Below, one piece after another: positions 30,058-38,048 of a stretch of 56,676 bases of DNA. This DNA comes from Sulfurimonadaceae bacterium (GTDB taxonomy: Bacteria; Campylobacterota; Campylobacteria; Campylobacterales; Sulfurimonadaceae). The first letter of the stretch is position 1. Each line of letters begins with the position of its first letter. The notes beneath the pieces were generated by a model, which saw only the letters and a list, made by a program, of their open reading frames with translations, was not told the DNA's origin and made no database searches. Made by a program: the position numbers and the translations under genes. The DNA lies in assembly GCA_041546465.1 (NCBI GenBank), contig JBFEWG010000001.1:1-56676 (forward strand), in the 5' to 3' direction.

Positions 30058-32067
30058 ATGACGTTTACGATCAAGAAGTTTTCCTTTGTTATACTTTTTC
30101 TTCTGTTTGGTGTCTTGTACGGTGTCTTTGCAACGTACTATTTTGACCAGCGTGAACAGACGGCAAGTGTTATCCTCAAAAGCCTTCAAAATGACATGTC
30201 AGAACTTAGTTATATACTCTCTAAAAACATCAAAAGCAAGAACAATGTACATGCATTGCGTGCAATGCTGGAACGCTCAGCATCAAACAATGATTTTATC
30301 GATGCCATCATTATCGCCGATGACACGGAAATTTTGTTCACGACGGACAGAAGTTACAAGAAAATACCCTCAACATTCCTGCTCTCCAATACACTTGCAA
30401 TGGATTCGTATTCGAAATTGTTGGATAAAAGGGGAGTAGAAGGTGTTGTTCGGTTTTACGAGAAAGCTGTACAGCATGAATTGCACCTTCTTTTTATGCT
30501 TGATCAAGAAGAGGTTGTCTCACATTTTGAAAAAAACAAGACACGTTTCTTACTTTTCTTCGGTCTTATCCCGATCATCATTCCTTCTATAATATGGATA
30601 GCCTTACGATATTTTGTATTCAGACCACTGGAACTCTTACGACAGTATGCCTATTATCAAAACATGATACCAAAGTCATTCTGGCTCAGTGAACTTGAAG
30701 CAATCCGTTCGTCTATGGTGCAAACCTTTACACGACTTGAAGATGAACAGAAGGAACTTTATCAAGTCGCTCGTACTGATGCGTTGAGCGGTTTGGCGAA
30801 CAGGAATGCACTGCATGAGTTTCTTGATCGGCTGATTGCTGACTCAAGACGTACCGAAAAAGAATTTGCTTTTATGTTTCTTGACCTTGACCATTTTAAA
30901 GATGTCAACGATGCATTGGGTCATAAGGTTGGTGACGAACTCCTTAAGCAGGTTGCATCGGTTGTACAAGAGGTGCTGCGTTCAAATGACTTCGTTGCAA
31001 GGGTCGGGGGTGATGAGTTCGTTATTGTTTTACATCAATACAACTCTCTATATGAACTTACATCAATCATCAAACGTATACAGGAGAGGTTGAGTCGTAC
31101 ATGGATCATTCAGACACATCCTGTCGATGTTACCAGCAGTGTCGGTGTTGCATTTTTTCCTAAAGACGGAGAGGATATCGGTTCATTGATGCAGCATGCT
31201 GACATTGCAATGTATGAAGCCAAAAACAAAGGGCGTGCACAATACCATTTTTTCACCGAGGAGCTTAATGCCAAGGTGCAGGAGAGTATAGCACTTGATA
31301 AATCTATGCGAGAGGCCTTGAAGGAAAACGAGTATGAGCTTTTCTATCAGCCCAAGATAAGCCTCACCACTGGTGAGATCATCGGGGCCGAGGCTTTAAT
31401 ACGCTGGATCAGCCCGACAAAGGGCATTGTACTGCCAAATGTATTTATTCCGCTGGCAGAAGAGAATGGTTTTATTATCGAACTGGGCAACTGGATACTT
31501 GAAAATGCCTTGAAGCAACAGGTTCAATGGCAAGAGCAGGGGGTAGACATCACTGTGTCAATCAACATTGCAACCCAGCAACTCCTTGATGGCTCGTTTG
31601 AAAAGAAATTGAAAAAGCTGTTAAAAAGATATGATAACGACCCCTCTAAAATTGATTTTGAAATCACAGAGTACCTCTTTTTGGAGCAGACAGAAATCAA
31701 TACTGAAAAGCTTGATATGGTCCATAAAGAAGGGATATCCATTTCGCTTGATGATTTTGGTACAGGGTATTCATCTCTATCCTATCTGAAAGACTTCCCT
31801 ATTGATCATCTAAAGATAGATAAAGCATTTGTAGACGACTATGACAAACCGCAGGGTGCTGTATTTCTTGAGACTATTGTCAAGATGGGGCAGACACTCG
31901 GAATGGATATCATAGCCGAAGGTGTGGAGAACAAGCAGCAGGTTGACTACCTGAAAAGTATCGGATGTGATATCTATCAGGGATATTACTGCTCAAAACC
32001 GCTTAGTGTAAAAGATTTTGAAAAGTTTTATACAGATTATGTTCCGTTTCAGTGCAATATGACTTAA
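30058..32067 (+). CDS. membrane-bound bifunctional GGDEF/EAL c-di-GMP signalling protein
   Basis: 669 aa; two TM helices flank a ~140-aa periplasmic segment; GGDEF intact with RxxD I-site (RSND 5 residues upstream); EAL motifs EALIRW, DDFGTGYSSLSYL, KIDKAF, EGVE. Confidence 0.92.
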   Translation: MTFTIKKFSFVILFLLFGVLYGVFATYYFDQREQTASVILKSLQNDMSELSYILSKNIKSKNNVHALRAMLERSASNNDFIDAIIIADDTEILFTTDRSYKKIPSTFLLSNTLAMDSYSKLLDKRGVEGVVRFYEKAVQHELHLLFMLDQEEVVSHFEKNKTRFLLFFGLIPIIIPSIIWIALRYFVFRPLELLRQYAYYQNMIPKSFWLSELEAIRSSMVQTFTRLEDEQKELYQVARTDALSGLANRNALHEFLDRLIADSRRTEKEFAFMFLDLDHFKDVNDALGHKVGDELLKQVASVVQEVLRSNDFVARVGGDEFVIVLHQYNSLYELTSIIKRIQERLSRTWIIQTHPVDVTSSVGVAFFPKDGEDIGSLMQHADIAMYEAKNKGRAQYHFFTEELNAKVQESIALDKSMREALKENEYELFYQPKISLTTGEIIGAEALIRWISPTKGIVLPNVFIPLAEENGFIIELGNWILENALKQQVQWQEQGVDITVSINIATQQLLDGSFEKKLKKLLKRYDNDPSKIDFEITEYLFLEQTEINTEKLDMVHKEGISISLDDFGTGYSSLSYLKDFPIDHLKIDKAFVDDYDKPQGAVFLETIVKMGQTLGMDIIAEGVENKQQVDYLKSIGCDIYQGYYCSKPLSVKDFEKFYTDYVPFQCNMT

Positions 32068-32070
32068 ACG

Positions 32071-33711
32071 TTATTCTTTCATTGCTATTTTTTTACGTCT
32101 AAATCCGTCGGTATAAGAAGGTTCACTTAACCGTTCAAAAAGAGAGGTGATGTTGACTTCATCACCGATAATCTTTTTGTAGATAACATAATTCGCAAGC
32201 ACTTTTTTGGCATATTCTCTGCTTTCAGTATTTGCCATCAACTCCATACTGAGAAAAGGCTCAAAACTGCCTTGTGAAAAATTGCCTTTAAGCAGATATC
32301 TTTTTGTAAACCCGATACCGCCATTATAGGCATAGGCAATGAAAAGCGGATGATAAAGGTGTTTTTTCAAATATTTTAGATGCTCGATGGCATATTCGAT
32401 ATTTTTGTACGGATCAAACATCTGTTCCAGTCTAATCTCTTCTTTCTTTTGTTTCGCCAGTGATCTTATCAAAAAAGGCATCATCTGCATCACGCCCAAG
32501 GCATAGGACCTGGAGATTGCTGAAGGTATGAAGTGGCTTTCCTGACGGCCCAAAGCATAGATTAATGCTTTGTCATCACTGCTTAAAGCATAGGTTGCTT
32601 TTTTATAGGGCATGATATAGTTATGTATCTTATAATCCAGAGACTTTGAATAGATGAAGGCATTGATGACCTCATCATCCTGGGTATTAAAAGTCTTTAG
32701 AAGTCCCGGGAGTTCGTCTTTCTTCGACGTTCTGATCTGATTCAGGGTTTCTTGCCAGATATAAGGGTCACTGAGGTTGTGTTCTGAAGTTTGTCTATCA
32801 AGGTCACGACGTGTAAAATAGTTTTCTGTACTCAGGTGGAGTTTCTCCCGAGCATACAGTGTATAGATGTTGATATCACTGCTCTCGATGAGGCGCTGGA
32901 GATATTGTCTCTCTTTGCTTAAAAGATAGTGCCAAAAAGATGCCTTGTCTTTGTCCATCTGGTAATAGGCTTTATTATGTGATATCTCCAGGTAATAACC
33001 TGCTTTGTTGACAGCTTTGTGCCTCAGGGCATTGAGCGCAAGAAAGAAATAGGATTGGGCAGATAACTCATGCGGTGAAAGCTGAAGCAGAGAAGTTTGC
33101 ATCCTCTGCATTTTCGGGTCAGTGACGATATACTTTATAGCTCTTGCAAACCGTCTGTCATCTGCCAAAAGGTTGATATCCTTTTGTGAGAGTTTAACAT
33201 CGAAATACTTTTGCCTGTTCTCCGCACCTATATTATTGAAAATTTTCAGATAATGATCGCTGCCGCTCGCTAAAAGATTTGGTAAGAAGGGGTGCTTGTT
33301 CATTAAGGTCAGGCGCATGCTTTTTTTTGGATATTTCTCCTGTAAAAGCTTTGCAAAGTATTCTCTTTGTTTGTCGTCAAGGGCCATGGCTTTCGCATAA
33401 CTCAATCCTCTGTTTATACAGTCTGCATCTGTTTCACCAAGCAAGAAATCAATATTGCCTCTTGTGCACATAAAACGCTTTTTGACAATCAGGTTGTCCG
33501 TCTTGCCGGCATAAGCTTTCAATATTTTACTGTTTTCCCTATTATTGACAAGAGAGTAAGCGGAATCAGCTTGTGAAGGGGTGATGTCTTTCTGCATAAA
33601 CTGCCATATTTGAAAGTCTCTGATATGGCCGCTAGGTTTTGTTTCAAGTTCATCAAGACTTAGCTCGGCCCATAAAACAACAGGCAGAAGTATGAAAAGT
33701 ATTCTGATCAT
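32071..33711 (-). CDS. slt: soluble lytic murein transglycosylase (Slt-like)
   Basis: 546 aa; signal peptide; superhelical N-domain; catalytic GRQESHFIPSAISRSYALGVMQMMP. Confidence 0.85.
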   Translation of the reverse strand: MIRILFILLPVVLWAELSLDELETKPSGHIRDFQIWQFMQKDITPSQADSAYSLVNNRENSKILKAYAGKTDNLIVKKRFMCTRGNIDFLLGETDADCINRGLSYAKAMALDDKQREYFAKLLQEKYPKKSMRLTLMNKHPFLPNLLASGSDHYLKIFNNIGAENRQKYFDVKLSQKDINLLADDRRFARAIKYIVTDPKMQRMQTSLLQLSPHELSAQSYFFLALNALRHKAVNKAGYYLEISHNKAYYQMDKDKASFWHYLLSKERQYLQRLIESSDINIYTLYAREKLHLSTENYFTRRDLDRQTSEHNLSDPYIWQETLNQIRTSKKDELPGLLKTFNTQDDEVINAFIYSKSLDYKIHNYIMPYKKATYALSSDDKALIYALGRQESHFIPSAISRSYALGVMQMMPFLIRSLAKQKKEEIRLEQMFDPYKNIEYAIEHLKYLKKHLYHPLFIAYAYNGGIGFTKRYLLKGNFSQGSFEPFLSMELMANTESREYAKKVLANYVIYKKIIGDEVNITSLFERLSEPSYTDGFRRKKIAMKE

Positions 33712-33983
33712 AAAGCGTGCTGTATAGCCCTGACGAATATCTGTATAACCTGTAAGGCGATTATGATCACAAGAGGAGCCAAGTCTATACCGTTGAACAT
33801 AGTCGGTATAAAGCGTCTTACCATTGCATAGGCAGGGTTTGTCATACGATATAGAAACTGGACAATAGGGTTAAAAGGATCAGGTCTTACAAAGGTTAAA
33901 AGAGCTGCAATGATGACGATCCACATATAGACACCGATCAGTGCATTGAAAAGACCGAGTAGTTCTATGAAAACCTGATTCAT
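33708..33983 (-). CDS. YggT-family membrane protein
   Basis: 91 aa; two TM helices; ALLTFVRPDPFNPIVQFLYRMTNP matches the YggT pattern; 4-nt overlaps on both sides. Confidence 0.8.
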   Translation of the reverse strand: MNQVFIELLGLFNALIGVYMWIVIIAALLTFVRPDPFNPIVQFLYRMTNPAYAMVRRFIPTMFNGIDLAPLVIIIALQVIQIFVRAIQHAL

Positions 33984-35284
33984 TTGATAACCTCCGTAAG
34001 ATAGTTTTTAATCAAAGGGTAGACAATATCGAGGGCAGGGCCATCTTCAGTGGTACCGCAAAGAAGTATGCGCAGGGATGCTGCAAACTCTTTACCTTCG
34101 ATTCCGCTTTCGTGCATCAAATATGATCTGAAATCATCAAAGGCTTCAAAAAAAGGTGCCTCTTTAAGTACCTCTCTTATCCGTGCTACAGGTTTGACGT
34201 ATTCATCCGGGATGGCTTTGTCTGCAAAGATAGGTGAGATCTTCCCACGCAACTCTTTGGTTGTATAAACCTCTTGAAGATAGACTTTGGCAAGTTTTCC
34301 GATTTCCTCATCTGCAAACCCGACATATCTTGATAGTTCGACGTCATCAAGATTTAAGAGATGTTGCCGATTGATCAAACGTAATCTGTCGATATCAAAA
34401 ACCACCGGCTCTGTTGATATCTGGGAGAGATCAAACCACTTCAATGCCTCCTCAAGCGTAAAGACCTCCTGCGGTACCGTATTGCCTAAAGAGATAAGAT
34501 AATTTGTGATTGCGGCAGGAAGAAATCCCTCTTCAAGCAGCCATTTGGCATTGAATGTCGTCATATCTTGTCCATTGATTTTATCACCATGCTTGTCGAG
34601 CATAATCGGCACATGGGCATACACAATCTCTTTCGTATAGTTCAATGCCGCACGGATGGCTATTTGCCGTGGTGTGTTAGAGAGCTGTTCTTCACTGCGA
34701 ATGACCATGGAAATGTCCGAAATCATATCATCAACCGCACAGGCAAAATTGTATGTCGGATTCTTATCAGCTTTCATGATGATAAAGCTATCGATTTCTT
34801 CAGGTGAAAAACTCATCTCCCCTTTAACGGCATCAGTAAATGTCACATCTACTGTCGGTTTGCGTAAACGTACTGTAAAAGGCGATTCATTGTCTATAGT
34901 CTCTTCCGGTCTTAAAGATAGACAGGCATCATCATAGTGATAAGTCTTACCCTCAGCCTTGGCTTGATCACGCTTGGCTTCCAATGTTTCCGGGCTACAA
35001 AAACAGTTGAAAGCGATCTTTTCATGCAACAATTGAAGCGCCATGGCACGATGATATTTAAGGTATGAACTTTGGTAAAGCACATCTCTGTATTGAATAC
35101 CGAAAAGATCTAGCAGCCCAATGATCTCATTTTCTTTTCCTTCAATGATTTTCTCCTTGTCCGTGTCCTCGATACGGATAACAAGGTCCTCGTTTTTTTG
35201 GACAGAAAGTATATAGTTAAAAAGAGCTATACGAAGATTTTCAATATGCAGATCCCCTGTAGGGCTGGATGCAAAACGTAACAT
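33980..35284 (-). CDS. gltX: glutamate--tRNA ligase paralog (short GluRS2-type) with degenerate class I signature motifs
   Basis: ATG at 35284 (MLRFASSPTGDLHIENLR...); RIEDTD, PTYNFACAVDD, NTPRQ and YAHVP conserved. HIGH reads HIEN, RGEDH reads RSEEQ, and the KMSKS position reads KINGQ. Confidence 0.8.
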   Translation of the reverse strand: MLRFASSPTGDLHIENLRIALFNYILSVQKNEDLVIRIEDTDKEKIIEGKENEIIGLLDLFGIQYRDVLYQSSYLKYHRAMALQLLHEKIAFNCFCSPETLEAKRDQAKAEGKTYHYDDACLSLRPEETIDNESPFTVRLRKPTVDVTFTDAVKGEMSFSPEEIDSFIIMKADKNPTYNFACAVDDMISDISMVIRSEEQLSNTPRQIAIRAALNYTKEIVYAHVPIMLDKHGDKINGQDMTTFNAKWLLEEGFLPAAITNYLISLGNTVPQEVFTLEEALKWFDLSQISTEPVVFDIDRLRLINRQHLLNLDDVELSRYVGFADEEIGKLAKVYLQEVYTTKELRGKISPIFADKAIPDEYVKPVARIREVLKEAPFFEAFDDFRSYLMHESGIEGKEFAASLRILLCGTTEDGPALDIVYPLIKNYLTEVIK

Positions 35285-35414
35285 TAAAATTCCTAAAATA
35301 AAATTATCGAATTCTAACATAATCTGGAGAAACAAGACTTGAACAAGAATATGGAATGACTGTTGATCAGTATTGATAGTGTTTTGATTTTTGATGGATT
35401 TATTTGTTTGAAAG

Positions 35415-35489
35415 TGGTGACCCCAAGGAGATTCGAACTCCTATGGCATGGATGAAAACCATGAATCCTAACCATTAGATGATGGGGCC
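35415..35489 (-). tRNA. tRNA-Glu (anticodon UUC)
   Basis: Hand-folded 75-nt cloverleaf: acceptor GGCCCCA/TGGGGTC, D arm ATCT-AATGGTTA-GGAT, anticodon arm CATGG-TTTTCAT-CCATG, 4-nt variable loop, T arm AGGAG-TTCGAAT-CTCCT, discriminator A, encoded CCA. Confidence 0.9.
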
Positions 35490-35617
35490 GTGAAGACAAC
35501 TAATTTGTTGTGGCGGAATTATAGTCTTTATATTCTTAAGTAATAATAAAAATATAGCGTGAAAAATGTTTGAATCGAGCAAAGCTGAGAAGTATATATT
35601 TTAGTTATAATAATTGC

Positions 35618-37048
35618 ATGAAACAAATGGATTACACGTTTATAGATACGGATGACCTGATCATGTTTATTAATAAGAACGATTTTGATCAGGGTGTTCT
35701 TGTTCAGATTCATGCTTCTGATCAGAAACTCATAGGGGAGTTGTCCGATATCATTTGCAGTGTATGTGTGAAACCTACAATCGTTAAAGTCTTCTCTGAT
35801 ACGATAGAACAGACCAGGCTTAACTTTATAAAAGTCACCGACGATGCCGAATCTTACTGTAATGTGAAGGTATCCACCTGTTCAAGCACAACTGATGAGG
35901 CTGTATATGCCGGCATTATCAATACAACGACAGAAGGTTTCTGGCTACTTGACACTGATCTTAACATCACTGATGTCAACTTCTCTTTATGCCGGATGCT
36001 TGGCTACAAGAAAGAAGAACTACTCAACAAAAAGCCTTTTGATTTCATTGATGCAGAAGATCATGCTCACTGCATGTCACAGGCGGAACTGATCAATGAG
36101 ATCTCCAGCCGTACCTATGAGATGGTTTTCAGAAAAAAGGATGGCTCTGTGCTGTACGGGCTTGTCAATGCCACAACGATGCATGATCAGGATGATCAGC
36201 TCAAAACCTTTGCATTTATTACCGATATCAGTAAACAGAAGGTTATCGAAGAAGAGTTAAGGTCGCATCAGGAAGCTATCGAAAAGCTTAATGACACCCT
36301 GGAACAGAAGATCCATAAGGAGGTCGAAAAGAACCGTGAAAAAGACCAGATGATGTATCAGCAGTCTCGCCTTGCTTCCATGGGTGAGATGATAGGCAAC
36401 ATTGCACATCAATGGCGCCAACCCTTAAACATAATGGCACTGGTCATGCAAGATATCTATATATCATATCAATTGGGAAACCTGACTTCAGACAAGGTGG
36501 AGGAGTCCTACAATAAAGCCAACAATCTTTTACAATACATGTCACAGACCATTGATGATTTCAGAAACTTTTTCAAAGAAAGTGATGATAAAGAGATCTT
36601 TAGTCTTAAGGATGCTGTTGAGTCTGTCTATGCTCTTGTTTCGACAAACCTTTCCTATCATCACATCAACTGCGAAATAGAAGTTAACGAAGACAGCAGG
36701 ATAACAGGTGGAATAAACGAGTTCAAGCAGGTTATGATCAACATCTTGAATAATGCCCAGGAAGCCATCGTGGCCAATAACAGTTCGAAGAGAGAGATCA
36801 AAGTCTCTATCTCGAAAATGGACTCACAGGCATTGATCTTGGTCCAGGATGACGGGGGAGGGATAAAGAAAGATGTCTTGTTGAAAATATTCGACCCTTA
36901 TTTCACTACAAAGGCACAAACTCAGGGTACAGGCTTAGGTCTATATATGTCAAAGCGGATCATAGAGAACATGATGCTTGGTTCTTTAAGTGCTGTAAAT
37001 ATAGACAATGGAGCGGAATTCCGTATTGAACTGCCTGTGAAAGACTGA
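35618..37048 (+). CDS. cytoplasmic PAS-domain sensor histidine kinase
   Basis: ATG at 35618; no TM helix; PAS (TTEGFWLLD...RKKDGS); coiled coil; H-box IAHQWRQPLN; N box ILNNAQEA; G1 DDGGGI; G2 GTGLGLY. Confidence 0.88.
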   Translation: MKQMDYTFIDTDDLIMFINKNDFDQGVLVQIHASDQKLIGELSDIICSVCVKPTIVKVFSDTIEQTRLNFIKVTDDAESYCNVKVSTCSSTTDEAVYAGIINTTTEGFWLLDTDLNITDVNFSLCRMLGYKKEELLNKKPFDFIDAEDHAHCMSQAELINEISSRTYEMVFRKKDGSVLYGLVNATTMHDQDDQLKTFAFITDISKQKVIEEELRSHQEAIEKLNDTLEQKIHKEVEKNREKDQMMYQQSRLASMGEMIGNIAHQWRQPLNIMALVMQDIYISYQLGNLTSDKVEESYNKANNLLQYMSQTIDDFRNFFKESDDKEIFSLKDAVESVYALVSTNLSYHHINCEIEVNEDSRITGGINEFKQVMINILNNAQEAIVANNSSKREIKVSISKMDSQALILVQDDGGGIKKDVLLKIFDPYFTTKAQTQGTGLGLYMSKRIIENMMLGSLSAVNIDNGAEFRIELPVKD

Positions 37049-37092
37049 GCATTGTGCGCATTAAATGAAGGGGAAAGTTAACTTAAAGAGAG

Positions 37093-37112
37093 AAGGGCGG
37101 TTGCCCTTTTTT
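37093..37112 (+). terminator. rho-independent terminator of the histidine kinase gene
   Basis: AAGGGC-ggtt-GCCCTT followed by TTTTTG, 45 nt after the HK stop and abutting the convergent RR stop. Confidence 0.6.
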
Positions 37113-37113
37113 G

Positions 37114-37662
37114 TTATTGATCGTAGAATGAACGCAGTGCTCTGATGATAACGGCATTTTTCGAAATGCTCTCTGTCTTTGCATTTTCATCGACCAGTTC
37201 ATACAAGTTGAGTGGAAGAGAAATAGAGAATGTTTTTGTCTCTACTTTTTTCTTCTTGCTGATCAGTGAAGTCACATTGCTAAGCAGTTCGATGATCTTT
37301 TTGGTGTCAATAGGTTTTTGTATAAAACTGTTAACACCAATCTCGATAGATTCGGATATTTTTTGAATATCATTACTCGCAGAAATGACGATGATGATCT
37401 GGTTTGGATTCATCTCACGTATTTTACGTGACAGTTCGATCCCATCCATCTCCGGCATAACGATATCAACAAAAATGATGTCCGGTTGCAGTCGTTCAAA
37501 CATCTCAAGAGCTTCTTTACCGTTAAAAGCAGAAGAGACCTCAGAAAAAAAGTTTTTAAAAGTTGAGCTTAGTAGCTCATTAGCCACACCCTCATCTTCG
37601 ACGACCATTGCCGTTAGTTTTTTTGTCTGTTCAGTGAGTTGTACTAAATCAACATTTGCCAT
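37114..37662 (-). CDS. response regulator: receiver domain plus C-terminal ribbon-helix-helix (CopG-like) domain
   Basis: 182 aa; REC motifs VVEDE, FVDIVMPEMDG, VISAS, IQKP. C-terminal TFSISLPLNLYELVDENAKTESISKNAVIIRALRSFY follows the RHH beta-alpha-alpha pattern. Confidence 0.85.
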   Translation of the reverse strand: MANVDLVQLTEQTKKLTAMVVEDEGVANELLSSTFKNFFSEVSSAFNGKEALEMFERLQPDIIFVDIVMPEMDGIELSRKIREMNPNQIIIVISASNDIQKISESIEIGVNSFIQKPIDTKKIIELLSNVTSLISKKKKVETKTFSISLPLNLYELVDENAKTESISKNAVIIRALRSFYDQ

Positions 37663-37850
37663 GCATTCTCCTGGTTTTAGTTTTAGAAATTATACGCTGT
37701 TTATTGCACAGAGGTATTAAATATCATCAATTAACCTATCCCGTTAAATTTTGATTAAGTGCAAAATAAACAATGTTATATAGTGTTGTAATTATATTCT
37801 GTTAAACTTAAAAGAGAGTGATATGGCTGTATATAATTCAAGCCGGCTTG

Positions 37851-38048
37851 CTAAAGCTCTTTTTTGAATTGATGCAGCCACTCTTTATCATCGAGATGGT
37901 GTTTTTTGCTTTCGATAAGGGAAGCTTTAATACTCTGCAGGTCCTCTTCGGAAAGAAAACTGAGAACACTTGGATTGATGCTTGAGGGTGTGCCATACTG
38001 GTTGATGAGATTCGTGATCTCATTTAGCAGCTCTTCTTTACTGCTCAT
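37851..38048 (-). CDS. small hypothetical protein coupled to gltA
   Basis: 65 aa; ATGA overlap with the citrate synthase stop; no recognised domain. Confidence 0.4.
   Translation of the reverse strand: MSSKEELLNEITNLINQYGTPSSINPSVLSFLSEEDLQSIKASLIESKKHHLDDKEWLHQFKKEL

Noticed and set aside
35285-35335. N-terminal extension of gltX in the ORF track (MFLQIMLEFDNFILGIL)
   Set aside because: GluRS family proteins begin at MLRFA.SPTG, so the ATG at 35284 fits. The extension is hydrophobic junk.
35336-35617. tRNA-Glu flanks as a possible integration site for a mobile element
   Set aside because: There is no integrase, no direct repeat of the tRNA 3' end, and both flanks are housekeeping or signalling genes.
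37839-37850. Palindrome CAAGCCGGCTTG right after the 65-aa ORF stop
   Set aside because: It gives at most a 4-bp stem with a 4-nt loop and has no U-tract. It is more likely a chance 12-mer palindrome.
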